Shown: piece by piece, positions 12,101 through 25,240 of the stretch | Layout of the letters: every line of letters begins with the position of its first letter | Position numbering within the stretch: position 1 is the first letter of the stretch | NCBI GenBank assembly: GCA_028534125.1 | Contig: CM052816.1 | Span: 35,776,001 to 35,840,000 of the forward strand | DNA from: Lama glama | Lineage: Eukaryota | Length of the DNA: 64,000 nucleotides | Direction of reading: 5' to 3' | Program-made: the position numbers and the translations under genes | Notes under the pieces: generated by a model | The model's input: the letters and a program-made list of their open reading frames with translations, nothing else | The model's database searches: none | What the model was told of the DNA's origin: nothing

Positions 12101-13904
12101 CATAATACAGTAACCAATGGGTATGTGTAATACTACTGAGTAAGGGAAATAAATGTAATCTATTTTGTAGGTCATCCACTAATGTCCTGTTGCTTTTGAT
12201 AGCTTCTGATTACCTATAGAGAGATGATAGAAAAATATTTTTATACTTGTGAAGACAAATATAATTAATGATCATAAAATACTTACCTCCATGATTTTCC
12301 CACTATAATCTTTGACACAATATTCTATATTTTAGCTCCCCATAAAATGAAAAAATAGTTCATAATTTTACTAATTTTCCTGGTTATTAATTTCAAGTGT
12401 CTTTTCACCTTAGCACAGATAGGTTAAAATTTTGGAGATGATCATATTTCATTGAGGACTTAAATATCTCAGTAAAGTCTCAAATAATATTTCTTTATTC
12501 TAGAATAAAATAGTGCTAGACTGTTCAATTTCACATCATGTATTGGACCATCCATCTTACAATCCCTATTTGGAGTCTTAATCCAGAGTGTTTACCCTAA
12601 GTCTTACTATGCTTGACTATCTTAAATCTTTTTGAGTACAGCCACCACAATCAGTTACACTCTTTAAGATAAATATTTTAAGAAATGTTTTAATATTGGT
12701 ATATTATAGTTCTTTGTATCAACCATATTTCTTGATTATGGAAACATATTCGTGATAGAAAATTTGGGGGGGAAAGCAGAAAAATATAAATCATTTTTAG
12801 AAAGTAACATTGGATTATTTTCTGCCCATTTTGTTGTCCTTCCCCAGAAAGAATTTAAATTGAGTATTGATTTTATTTTTTACTTCAGAATATATCAAGA
12901 TTATAACAACATATTGATTCAATTAATCTTTGAAGAAAGTGTTTTAGAATTCAAGAGGCTCATAGTTTTTAAATTTCTTGTATCTCCCGAGGACAGAACA
13001 CCTTTCTAATTTCCAGAAATAATTCCTCTGCACTAACAGATGATGGAACCCAATTCTCAAACCTTTATTCAAGAAAACGCTCCCAGTGGAGCCTGTTGTT
13101 TAGGTAAGAGAATAACGTTGAGGCTGTATTTTATGTCCTGACCGATCCTATGACCATTCACACGTGAGTCCTCCTGGGACGCCACAATGAATACCATCTG
13201 GCTTTGGAGAGTTGAAACACTTACGTGTCTTAAGTGCTACGTAATGACTTCCTGGAAGACTTTAGTCTCCATCAACATTTTACTAAAAATGATTGCAAGA
13301 GAAATTTTTGTTATACCTTAAACTTCTTTTGTTGAAACAACATCTCTGAAATTCTCTACTCTTTGTTAAACATATCTTTAGCAACAGAGTTTTTCATCCA
13401 GCTTTTAAACCACAATATGCAGTTTTCTTGAAGGTCCTAAACAGTCTATCTTTTGTAACATCTCTTTATCTGCCCCATCCTGTCGGAATTTAATGTATGT
13501 ATTTAATACTTCAGTAGCTATTACGATAGCCAGGTAGATTTTTATTTTTTACATTATCCTCTGAAGAATTTCTGTGTTCTTTCTGAAGAAGTCCTTTCTC
13601 TGCTTCATCACACCGAGATTGCTCTTTCTTGCCCGTATGCATTACTTCTCAAAAGTAAAGTGACCCTCAGTGCCTTTCACTCAACGTGCTTAGACAACGT
13701 CAAGGCTGACTCTGGGCTTCTGGGGAGAAGGGGAGTTGTTGTTTTTGTTTTTGTCCCTTCTCTATACTAAATTTGTCCACTGAGCTGTTGCTGCTGCCGC
13801 TTACCATGGTAAGAAGTGTACAGTTACTGCCTCTCATTCAGTATTGAAAGGCTTCTTTTAGGTTATTCCACATACTGGTTCTTCTGTATTTTATTTCTGA
13901 CCAG

Positions 13905-14035
13905 TGTAACTAAATTATAAACTCTTTGAAGGCAGGGACTGTAGCTTATTAATATTAGTATAAATATCCCTAGTGCCTAGCACAGTGCCTGACATGTGAA
14001 GTACTCAATAAATATTGAATGAAGGAATGAATGAG
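13905..14035 (+). mobile_element. L2 LINE 3' end
   Basis: taaactctttgaaggcagggactgt...cctagtgcctagcacagtgcctgacatg...tcaataaatattgaatgaaggaatgaatga is the canonical L2 tail. Confidence 0.85.
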
Positions 14036-14377
14036 TGTCCCTGCATCTGATCTAATTCAAAACTTACTTTTTCTCAAGGCTGACTTTTATTACTTTACGA
14101 AAATATATGTCTCATCTGTGGACAATTTTAAAGATACTAAAATTGCAGAAGTATGCGTGGGAGTGAGCTTTAGTGCTTTTACTAAAGCAAAATCAACATT
14201 TAGAATGTAGAAGTAGTCACAGTGTTGTTGGAAGTGGACATAGAGATTGTGGAGAATAAATCCTTTACAGTTGTTCTGAGATCCTGTGTCCACCCAGATA
14301 CTTCTCCAGCCCATCAGCTGAAAACCAGTGGTCTGATGCCATTGCCCTCCGACCGCTGCCTCCTCCCTCCAGACAAT

Positions 14378-14570
14378 CTCTAAGCATTTTAGAACTATTA
14401 ACTCATTTAATCTCACAACAACACTGTTAGAAGATACCATTCTTAATGCCATTTTGCTAATTAGAGAACAGAGGTATCGAGAGTATAAATAATTTGTCTA
14501 AGGTCATGCAGGACCTTTAAACTTAGGCAACTTTGCTGCAGAACCCATGCTCTCAACTTATCAAACTGCT
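14378..14570 (-). mobile_element. MIR SINE
   Basis: aactcatttaatctcacaacaac...ccattttg...agaacagagg...aatttgtctaaggtcatgcag matches the antisense MIR core. Confidence 0.8.
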
Positions 14571-16039
14571 CTACTTTCTAGAAAATTCCTTACCCTATTT
14601 CTTGCTCTGAAATCTATTTCATGTAACATCTACCCATCCACACAAACTTAATCCCCTTTCATATGAGAGACTTTTATATATTCCATATCGCATCCCCCTG
14701 AGTTGTGTTTTCTTGTGGCTCAGCTGTGTTATTTTTTCCCCCCATCAGATCACAGACTGAATGAATTAGGGCCCTTTGAACCTCTAAATCATACCCCCTT
14801 TAACATCTTTATCATAAACTGAACCTGCTTTGGCAGAAGAATGGGCTAGACTTTTGGAACCTCACTTTTTGGTGATAATGTCTCTCTCCTAGAATATCCA
14901 GGAATTGGGTTGCTTCGTCTTCATTGGCTCAGCTTGAGTTGAACACCTTCTAAAACTCAGAAGCATCTTGCAAGTATGTTCTATATATTTGGACCTGTCT
15001 CTGCCATTGTGTATAATTCTCTGTTTAAGCTTTCTCAGCTGGTGTAAACACCTCATTGGATTATGATCAGCTACCCAACAAACCCAGTTTCCCTCTTACC
15101 CTCATGGCCTTTGTCATGAGCCCCCACAGGTCACGCCATGTCCTCCTTGCTGCAGGCTAATTTGATCCTCTGATTCCTCTGCATTCTTCTTGTGGGCCCA
15201 GGGACAGCCCAGATCTTGTCCACCAGTCTCAGGGAGGCTTGGGTTAGTAAATTAACACTCACTTTGCAATTAACCTCACTCTTCCCATGCCATGGTGGCA
15301 CCAGAGACGTCCCCAAGACCCCCACAATCTCAAGGTTTGGGAGGAAGGAGGGGGAGTTAAAAAGCAGCTCCTTCTCACAAAGTCATAGACATCCTAAATT
15401 CAACCACCATGAAACCCTATAATCTGGGAGAGGGGAAATGCCGGGGGGCTACAATTCCTGATTAACTAGGGGATGTTTGCGTTAGATCATGTTGTTGAAA
15501 TGTTGTGGAACTGTGGAAGAGATCAATTTGAAATTAAAAACTGTCACCAGTTTCTAGGAGAGGCTGTGGTGTCACTGAGGTCACCACCAGGTCAGGAACT
15601 CTTGTGGAACCTTTGACAGGGCATCATCTTTTTATGCTTGTTTATTTTATCTACACGTAATAACAGTGTCGTCTTCTCAGGAAGGTAAAATGATGAATTG
15701 ATATAAATCGATTCCACAGGGCAGCTGAGAATGGGGAGAAAAGCACAGCAGTCAGTTTCTCTTTTGTGTGTCACCAGGGTGTGTGGACAGGGGAGGGCCT
15801 GGGACTCATGTGAGTAGGGGCCTGCTTTGTTGAAGAGACCTCAGAATTTTTATAAGTTGAAAATTAAACAGGAAGTATCTGTCTCCTGAGCAAATGAGAA
15901 GGACATGAAGACAAGGTGCTGGAAACTGTCCCTTGTACCCAGTATAACTAATCGCTTCTGACAGAGAAGGCGGCCTTGAGAAGCTGACTCTGGTGAGGGT
16001 GGGGGTTGGGGGGGTGGCACCTCTTCTTCCCAGCATTCT

Positions 16040-16223
16040 CAGTGGTTCTCAGAGTTTGGGCCCTGGAGCAGCAGCATTGGCATCACCTGGGATCTTAATA
16101 GAACTTCCAATTATCAGGCCCACCCACGCCTATTGTACCAGAAACTCTGGGGATAGGGCCCCACAGTCTGTTTAAACAAGCTGTCCAGGGGATTCTCGTG
16201 CACCCTGCAGCTGAGAACTAGTG
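16040..16223 (+). mobile_element. MER5A (hAT-Charlie), full length
   Basis: Termini cagtggttctca...tgagaactagtg, with internal gcagcattggcatcacctgggatctt and cagaaactctgggg. Confidence 0.9.
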
Positions 16224-16399
16224 GTTTATGTAAAGGGGAAGTACAAAAACCCTCCTTCCCTAACCCAACACTATATTCCAACAGGCTCACGTTTGGTGAA
16301 AACACCAAACTGCCATCCCCAACCTCCAGTCAGAAAGACATGGCCTGGAATTCCCTCAATACTCCTTGAAGCTTCTGGCCTATTGTGTTGTTCCTTCTG

Positions 16400-17285
16400 C
16401 CTTTGTTTTTTCTTCCATGTTTGCATGGAAAACTTCTATTCACCCTTCAAAGACTTGTTCATTTGACATCCGCTTTGTGAAAACTTACCTGCCTCCTGTC
16501 CTTCCCACCTCAAAGGCCTAATAGAGTTATTTGTACCCTCCTCTGTATGAAGTTTGTCTTTAGTACTTTTGAAAACTACAAACATCCCTCTATATTGTCC
16601 TTCCTTGGCCCCATTTACTTACTCCTCTTCCTCAACCAACCCCTAAAGAGTGGGTAACCTCTGGGCTATTTCATGTATGTTCTCTCCCTGGACCATCTCA
16701 TCCATTGGCATGCCTTCAACTACCATCATTTAGCTGATGATTTCAAAATCCACATCTCTCACCTAGACTTCTCTGAGCTCTAGACTCGTGTTACTAACAC
16801 CACCTGGGCATCTTCACCTCAGAGAACCACAGTGAACCTCAAAGTCACCATGCCTGATATGGAATGAAACATCTTTTCTCACCCACCTCCCCACCAATAC
16901 CTCTCATTTACTTCGTCTCTATTTCCTCCAGAGATGGTCATACCATCAACTCTGTGACCAGTGCCAGAAAGCTGGGCACCATCTTGGACTCCTGCCTAGC
17001 CCTCTCCCCATTATGTAACCATCACCTATTATAATTCTGTAGACTTTACCCTGTTAAATATCTCAACATGTGCGACCAGAATAGTTTCCTAACTGGTCTT
17101 GTAGACTAAAGTTAGTTTCTACCCCTGTGCCTACAATTTACCCTGTATACTTCAGGCAGAGAGATTACTCTAAAATGTAAATCTGGTGACGGCACTGCTG
17201 TGCTTAAAACCCTCCTGGCTCCCCTATTCTATACTTAACAGGAGTGGACCAGACTCATTCATCTGGATCTTGGCTACCCATTCAG
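16400..17285 (+). mobile_element. L2 LINE fragments
   Basis: L2 ORF2/3' region motifs: ttcaactaccatcatttagctgatgatttcaaaatc, ctctgagctctagactcgtg, gccagaaagctgggcaccatcttggactcc, aaatctggtgac...cttaaaaccctc. Confidence 0.8.
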
Positions 17286-17292
17286 GTTTAAC

Positions 17293-19040
17293 TTCTTTTT
17301 CTAATGTTTTATTATGAAAATACTCAAACTTCCAGAAAAGTTGAAAGAATTTTGCAGTGAACCTGCATACCTTCCACATAGATTGTGCCATTAACATTTT
17401 ACTTTACCTGCTTTATCATGTAACTATCCATTTAACCAACCTTCAGTGCATCTATCATCCATCTGGTTTTCTGAAACATTTCAAACACAGTTCAGTCATC
17501 GGTATACTTCCCCCAAACATTTCAGTATGTGTGTTATTAACTAGAGTTCAATATCTATTTACAGTGTTGTTTTATTGAGGTAAAATTTATGTATAATGAA
17601 ATGCACAAATCTTAAGTAAACATTCCCTGAGTTTTGACAAATGTATATACTTGTATAATCCAAACCCCTATCCAAATATAGAACATGACCAACACTCCAG
17701 GAAGTTCCCACATGCCCCTTCCCAGTCAGTAATTGCCCTCCTCAGATACCTGCTGTTCTGACATTTTTCTGCCGTAAATTAGTTTTGCCTGTCTTGAAAC
17801 TTCCATAAGTGGAACCTTTGTGAAAGGATTCTTTCTCTTAGCATTGTTTCTGAGATTCATTCATTTTGTTGTCTGTAAGCAGTGTGGTTTCTCCGCTTTT
17901 TATTGCTGGGTAGTATTCCACTGTGTGAATAGAGCGGAGTTTATTTCTATATTATCCCCCTGATGGACTGTTCCTAGTCTTTAGCTGTTATGCATAAGTC
18001 TATAAATATTATCATACAAGCCTTTTTAGATACATTTTAGTTTATCTTGGGTAAGTACCTAGGTGTAGAATTTCTGGGTCATATAAAGTAGGTTGTACCT
18101 ACTCTAGGCTGTACTGCTTTTCACTTCTACCCATAATGTGTGAGAGTTCTCATCACTCTACATCTTTGTCAACATTTGGTGTTGGCAGTCTGTTTTATTT
18201 TAGCCTTCATTGTGGATGCCTAGTGGTATTTCATTGTAGTTTTAATTTGCATTTCCCTGGTAGCTAATGATGTTAAGCATCTTTTTGTGTATTTATAGGC
18301 CATTCATACATCTAGAAAGTATCTCCAAATCTTTTGCCCCCTTTTCTTATTGTTACTTGACTTTATATTACTGAATCATAGAAGTTCTTTATATCCTGAT
18401 GCCAGTCTTTTTTGAGATAGATATTTTACAAATATTTTCTCCTAGTCTTCAGTTTGCCTATTCATTTTCTTAGCAGTGTCTTTTGATGAAAGCAGCTTTT
18501 CATTTAATGAAGTCTAATTTATCAAAAACAATTTTTGATGGTTCCTGTTTCTTTTTTCTATCGCATAAAAACCTTAGCCTACCCCCAAATCATAAAGGTA
18601 TTCTCTTATGTTTCCTTCTAAGAGTTTATGCCATTACCGTTCATGTTTAGGTCTGTTATGTGTATAATATGAGGTAGAGGTCATGGTTCACTTATTTTCC
18701 ATATGGGTGTCCAATTTATTGATATTTATTTCCTTTTATTTACCGTACCACTTATTGACAAGAATTTCCTTTTCCTATTGGATTACTTAGGCACCTTTGT
18801 CAAAAATCAAATGACAAATGACTTGAGTGGGAGTCTAGTACTATGCTCTGTATTCTGTTCTGTCGCTCTGTGAATCCTTGTGCCACTGTCACATTGCCTT
18901 GATTATTGTGGCTTCTCAGAATATTGAAGTATGTAGTATAAGTCCTCCAACTTTGTTCTTCTTTTTCAAGATTGCTCCAAATATCTGGAGTCCTTTGCAT
19001 TTTCATAGAAAGTTTAGGATCAACTTGTCCATTTCAAGAA
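17293..19040 (-). mobile_element. L1 (L1MB-like), 5'-truncated: 3' UTR plus degenerate ORF2 C-terminus
   Basis: Starts with an antisense L1MB-type tail (ttttattgaggtaaaatttatgtataatgaaatgcacaaatcttaag). It continues through gtagttttaatttgcatttccctg to aagtcctccaactttgttcttctttttcaagattg (the ORF2 KKKNKVGG region). Confidence 0.9.
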
Positions 19041-19494
19041 AGCCTGCTCATCGCACCTTAACTTTTGATGTGCCACGCTCCATCACCACTGTCCCTGCAG
19101 ACTGGGGAGGGTGAAAAAACTGCTCTCTTTAATAAACTCTTAGCTATATAGGGTCTTAGCCAAAGGACAGAAATTTTAGTAGTATATTTAAGGTTTGTTC
19201 TTAACTCTAGGTTAAAAAAAAATTCCTTTTTCCACCTGACGAAAGGCATATGACCCCATTTCAATTTTACAATGAATATTATTCTACAAGAACAGAATCA
19301 AGAATGTACCTAAATGCTACGCTGTAATATAATTTGCCCTTGGAAGGAGAGGATTTTCCCATTTCATCATCAGACAATTGTTTCCTCTTAGGAATCTGTT
19401 TTAACAAGGATTATAGACATAGAATCAAGCTGATTTTCTTCTTCATTCTCTTCTTCCTTTTCTTCTTCACTTTCGCCCTCTTCATTATCAACAC

Positions 19495-19720
19495 CATAGA
19501 TGGCATTTACTGAGCCCTTACTCTTCACCCTTGACTCTATGCTAAAAGCTTTATTCATATCTCATCTAAACCTCACATCAACCTTGTGTGCTCAGCCTTT
19601 GCAGGGGAGGAAACAAAAGCTCAGTGAGGTGAAGGACTTTCTCAAGGTCCAGCAGAGAGTAAGTGGTGATGCTGCGGCCCAAACTCAAGTGTTCCTTACT
19701 CCAGAGGCTGACACTGTGGG
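19495..19720 (-). mobile_element. MIR SINE
   Basis: catttactgagcccttact...atctcatctaaacctcac...gaggaaacaaaagctcagtgaggtgaaggactttctcaaggtc...ctccagag. Confidence 0.85.
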
Positions 19721-20448
19721 CATCTTCTATAAAAGGATGTTTTATAGTATTATAATAGTGACTGTGCAGTAGGATTTCCTTTGTTTATGCTAGGATCATT
19801 TAAAACTTTCATCATTATTGTTTCTGTTTCTGTAACAAAGTATCAAGCATACCCTGGGATCATCTTCATATATTCTTGCATCTTCTGAAATTATGCAGTT
19901 CTGAAGACATCTGGAAAACAAAGTCGGTTCAGTTGGTTTTTGCATTACATAGGGTTTTATAGCCAAAGTAATTTAACCTTCCCCTTTTCTCTTCACAGTG
20001 GTAGACTGTTTTCATAGTGTCTAAGGATTCCCTTATACATCATGCATGTGTCATTGCAGTCCTAAGCTATTTTTATGTATAACTCAAAGTAAAGATTGTC
20101 GTACCCCACTGATTTCTATCATCCAAACATGTTGCTGAATTCCAATTATGATGACTCTTTCTGACTCAGCCATATAAATTGAACCCTACAGTTTGGATTT
20201 TAAAATTTCACTATTAGCATAGAGATAGTCATTAATATATTTTTGCATTAAGCTATATGTATATCACACTTTATGCTGAACTCATTGTTTTGCTAAGAAT
20301 GATGCATATTGCCTCATTATCCTTGTTCTTGAAGAATCCAAATTTTTCTTAAAAAAACAAACACACACACACTCTAATACAGCTACATAGGTAACTTTAG
20401 CATTCTGTGCTTTTTAACTGACTCTCAGGTGGGAAATTGAAACCTTAC

Positions 20449-20581
20449 CAGGTGTCTGTATTGATATACAATAACAACTGCCAGGATCGGAATGATGATC
20501 TCTTCCCGGGACATAAATAGAGAAGAGTTAAAGGATTCACACTCTGGAATCCTTGAGAAAGTGGCTTTTTCTGAAGGTAAA
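20449..20581 (-). other. Candidate 133-nt exon of an unidentified antisense transcript
   Basis: Minus-strand acceptor ttttttttcttcctctacag and donor CTG|gtaagg. Two of three frames are open, with no recognisable homology. Confidence 0.4.
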
Positions 20582-21197
20582 CTGTAGAGGAAGAAAAAAA
20601 GCAATGACCCAGAGGAAAATATACTTTGTATATTAACCACTGGCTGCAAGTAGACCTTCTATCACCAGTTCATCAGATGGTGAGGAAAACATTTTAGGTC
20701 AGATTGAACATGAATACAACAGTTGGTATAAATATTGTTTTAAAGATGTGAAATTAAATACAAGAATTTTCTTTCCTGTATCCATTAATTTTATTAAACA
20801 GATACCCTATTTGTAAGCTTAGTGGCTTTGGTAGAAAGCATAATGAAAAAAAATTGGTACATTCTCAGTTGAATTTTATAAAGATCACATAATAATGGTG
20901 ACAGGTGGAGCCACGTGGGGGTAGAGGCAAACTGGTCTTCTGTCCCAGACGTCAAAGACGTGCTGCAGACATCAGGGAAATGTCTCGTGGTTGGGAAAGG
21001 TAAGGAAACTCAGCAGGCTGGTCTTTGATACCTAGGGTTTTCATTTTTAATTAAAGGACATAACTCTGGTGAAAAAGTCATCATATCATCTATTTTATAT
21101 AGGGCTTGGATGATTGCTCTGTAAAGGAGAGAATGATTGGAAGTAAGTCTAACATAGTACCGAGAAGGTGCTACCTAGCTAATAAAATCATAAAAAT

Positions 21198-21400
21198 TAA
21201 CATTTATTGAGCGTCACCTCAGTGACTACTCATACCTCTGTGAAGAAGGCACAACTGTTATCCCCACTTTGCAGATGAGAAAACTAATTCTTAGAGCAGT
21301 CGAATAACTTTTCCAGGATCACAAAGCTAGGAAGTGGGTGATCCAAGAGAAATAACCAGAATGTCATTTCAAAGACTGCATCTGCCCACAGTGCCATCTT
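21198..21400 (-). mobile_element. MIR SINE
   Basis: taacatttattgagcg...tatccccactttgcagatgagaaaact...taacttttccaggatcacaaagctaggaagtgg. Confidence 0.85.
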
Positions 21401-22379
21401 CTCAGAATCTTTCTTCCTTCCTTGGGTATAGATTAAATTACTAACTTGCGTTTTCTGTAAGAGCTTTCTCATATACCGTGTGATAGAATCATTTCTTTAC
21501 ATGTATGACCTCATTGGAATAAGAACCCTAAATGAACCTTATCTCCAGCATCTTTTCTTTCAACCAGGGTACCACCCTGACCCTAGTCTAGGGGAAAGAG
21601 GTCTCTCCTCCCTTTCTTTGTCAGCATGTTCTCATACCCAACACTTTACCAACTTTAGAGTCTGGAGAATTTTCGTAACGTCTCTTCGTAATCTGTCTTG
21701 CAATAGCCCAAAACATTTGTCCTCTTCTAAGTAGGAACATAAAACAGCTGCTCACTGTATCTCATATGATAAATTTTTTAAGACACTCAGAAACCAATTG
21801 TTAACATTTCCTGCCCCTATCTTTTCTTTTCTGAGTCAAATAATTCCCCCTCCTTTTCTTCTTCCTCCTCCTTCATATATAAATTACTTCCACATAGAGT
21901 CTATTTCCAAAATTGCTGATCATTTTAGTTCCTGTCCTCCAGATGCTTTCAGCATCTGGATGTTCAGGGGGTGTCATGAAGACATTACCATACAGTACTG
22001 AGATTACGGCATCTGGGAAAAATTTTAAACATGTCCATAGGAATATTTTCTGTTGTTTTACAAATTATAGGCAAAACATTAAAGAAAATTATGGTTTTCC
22101 CAGTTCTCAGATGGTGTTTTGTCTAAACTAATGCAAGACAAGAAAGGTGGAGTAGTTTATATTTTTTAACTTGGGTAGGAAAGATGTAGTCATTTTGGAA
22201 AGATGTTATGCTCTCTAAATTTAGTAATTATTCACATTTGTATATGTGAATGTATTACGTTTGGGACACCAGTAGGCTATAGGCATTTAGAGGAAAAAGA
22301 TGTCACTCATTTAAAAGAATCAGGCAAGGCTTTAGAGAAAAGGTAGCATTTGTGATAGATTTGTAAGAATAAGTGGTAC

Positions 22380-23350
22380 TATGACATAAAGAATTTGGAG
22401 AGAAGAGAAGTTTAAAGTGGAGAACATCATAATAAAAAGCTTAAAGCATTGAAAACATTTTGTCTGGAGAAGAGGGAATTGGTTCCATTTTGTGTCCTCC
22501 CCTTTGGTTGGTGAAGAAACTTTAGGCAATAAGGTTGGAAATGGATATTGTGGTTAGATTATTTAAGGTATTTAAGAAAAGTTGAATTTTCTTTAAAAAA
22601 GTAATTCTGGCATTGGAATATACTATGAATAGAGAGATTTTCAGTAGGGAAATCAGTTTTGAAGCTGATGCAATTTTGATAACTGAGACTGATGTATATT
22701 GAGGACTTATCATGTGCCCAGTGGAGTGTCAAGAGTATAAAGTGTAACACGAGAAGTCTATGGTTCCAAGAAGAAGAAAAATAAGACAGATCTTTTGGAT
22801 ATGATGTTGGGAGATCACTGACCAACTCTGAATGAAAAGTTACCAGGAGAATGAGGACAAGTGAACAGAGCTGGGTCAACAGAAGTGAAGCAAAGGAAAG
22901 AGAAGTGACGGCAGCTTGAGGGTCTAGGGATGCTTGTTGATTAGTTTGTAGGATATGAGACTAAAACTTTGTTTCAGCTAATGTTAGGGAGAAAGTGGAG
23001 GGAGACACACTAAGGAGGCAAAAGAAATGAAAGTCCCAAAGGGGATGAGAAAAGATGACAAAGATGGAGGCATGGTCTTGGACAATGAGAGGTATGTTTT
23101 TTGAGATAATAACAGGGATAAAGTAAAAGAATCAAATTATGGAGAGATTTTTAGGTTAAGAAGAGGGAAGTTGAGGGAGCTCGTATTGTCTGACACTGAT
23201 TCTTTTAGCTAAATGGATGAGGAATCGTCTGTGAGTAGTGATGAGAGAATATGCTGCCTAGATTTTAAGGGGTAAAGAGGAGTTGGTGTAAGCTCCAGTG
23301 AGAAGCAGTAAAGAGTAATTAAGAAATCAATGATGAGGCAGCAGTGGGTG
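22380..23350 (-). mobile_element. L2 LINE (degenerate, antisense)
   Basis: Purine-rich antisense L2-like sequence (gggagatcactgaccaactctgaatgaaaagtt, gggaagttgagggagctcgtattgtctgac...gatgaggaatcgtctgtgag). Confidence 0.55.
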
Positions 23351-23779
23351 CCCAGACAGGAGAGGTGAGTAGCTCACACATAGTGAGCATCTGTAGGATA
23401 TTTCATGTAATGACAGCAGAACATCTGATAAGTTTTTCATTTGCTTTGTTGATGATTTCACCTCTTAGATGTAGACTAGGGAATTCTTCTTAATTCTGAT
23501 CAACAAGAAGGAAAAATGCTAGGAGTAATGAGAACAGTGTCAATTTCACCTAAAAGTGTGTAGCGTAGTTGGACAGATAGTCTAGATATTAGGCAAATTG
23601 GTGTCTGGGAAAGTCCCATGAGCTCAGCAGTGTATGAGTACAGGAAGTTAGGAGTGGCACAAAACCATGGTAAATATGAAGCAAGCAAAAATCAGTTTTA
23701 AAACTGAAACAAAGACCTGACTAAAAATAAATTTGGGAGACATGACTTAACAGGAACATTAAGTGAAAATTATTTAAGG

Positions 23780-23920
23780 GAATTGACAATCTATCTCTTA
23801 TCGATGAGAAATGTGATATGGCCAGTGTGAACTTGGACTGCATTGCTAAAAGAAGCATGCAGAACAAGCAGCCGCCTAACTGGATTGAGTTTTGGTTGCC
23901 ATGTCCAAAAAGATGTTAAA
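23780..23920 (+). mobile_element. Possible L3/CR1 fragment
   Basis: atgtgatatggcc...cttggactgcattgctaaaagaagcatg...gagttttggttgccatg resembles the CR1 ORF2 LGCI..S...QFW region. Confidence 0.35.
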
Positions 23921-24167
23921 TATAAGTCTGCTGTTGTCTTGGATTTTTATGATAGACTCCAAAGGACATGAATAGTACAAGAGGGATCAAGTCCTCCCCT
24001 ATCCCAAAGGGATGTGCTAGATACTTTTTATGATTTTGGTAACAGATTATCAGTCCAATTTGGTCAGCATGTGCCCATCACCTACCTCAATAGGAAATAA
24101 AGGAGAGGAGCAAGGTATGAACATAGTTGTCAATGATTAGCCAGAGGAGAGGAACTGTTGTTTAGAT

Positions 24168-24350
24168 CAGTGCTTCTCAAACTTTAGACTTTGTTATAAT
24201 CACCCAGAGGGCTTCTTAAATCAGATTCCTGGGCCGTACTCCTAGAGATTCTGATTCCTTAGGATGGAGGGGCCCCCAAATGTGCATTTCTAACAAACTC
24301 CTGGGTGATGATAATTTTTTCATTTGTGGACCACACTTGAAGAAGCACTG
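24168..24350 (-). mobile_element. MER5A-type hAT element with intact TIRs and a perfect 8-bp target-site duplication
   Basis: TIRs are cagtgcttct (24168) and agaagcactg (24350). Both flanks read gtttagat (24160-24167 and 24351-24358). Confidence 0.92.
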
Positions 24351-24399
24351 GTTTAGATTTCACTAGCAGAGCATTTCAGAGGAACAGGCAATAGTGCCA

Positions 24400-24790
24400 C
24401 ATAAAGGAAACAATCAGCTTTGCATATCTTTTATGTCTGAGAGGCATCGACAGACTTAAATGTTTCAGCCAGTTTCCCCTAGTCACTCAGCCCAACCCTG
24501 GAGTGGTTAGAAAGAGGAGGAGCTAAGAAACAATAAAGTAGGCAACCGTGCTCTGTCCCCAACTCCAGGCTTCGAAGACTGGGTCAGATCTGAGCAGGAG
24601 CAGGGGATAAAGCCTAAACTGGACGTGCATTTGGAATTTTGACTCAAATGGGGTGGGTTGGACTGGAGTTACAGCGTTACTAGATTTTTAGTACCCAAAC
24701 AAAAGGACTAATACTATTTCCCATAGTGGAAAAGCTGTAGGATCTGTTTCAAATTTTGTACACAGATGGAAAAAGAACTGGTTGAAAAGA
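24400..24790 (+). mobile_element. Ancient Gypsy-type LTR relic (MamGypLTR-like)
   Basis: aggagctaagaaacaataaagt...ctccaggc...tgggtcagatctgagcaggagcagggga...aaactggac...ggactgg resembles remembered MamGypLTR sequence. Confidence 0.45.
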
Positions 24791-25089
24791 ATGGTTGCAA
24801 GAGTAAAGCTGATTGAGCCCAGCTTGCTTAATCAGCCAATTACACGTGTCTCAAGAATGGTAGTTTTTCAGACTCTTAGCAAGTCCAGAGAAGTACAGCC
24901 AGGACAACAGGGCACTGGGAACCTCCCCAGAGAAGCACCCGTGCCAGGAAGTAGGGAGCTTCAGCATGGAGAAGACTGAGGAGACACAACAACACACTTA
25001 AAGTACTAAAGGGCCAACTTTTCAAGGGCGGATTCACCCTCTGTGTGGTGGCAGAGGCTATGATGAGTTTAAGTTAGTGAGAGTTAAGG

Positions 25090-25240
25090 GAGAAGTCTGC
25101 TTGGGCTCCACATAAGGAAGATACCACAGTGAAAGCCACGTTATTGACACCAAGTGATGGCCACTTGCCTGGAATGTTGAAGAGAGTTTTACACATGGTG
25201 GAGGGGAGGTTTTGGATGCCCTCTAAGCACATTAGCTCTA
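25090..25240 (+). mobile_element. L3/CR1 3' end relic
   Basis: ggccacttgcctggaatgttgaagagag...ggaggttttggatgccctctaag resembles the L3/MIR3 3' terminus. Confidence 0.45.

Noticed and set aside
18800..19006. 68-aa ORF
   Set aside because: Out-of-frame reading of degenerate L1 ORF2.
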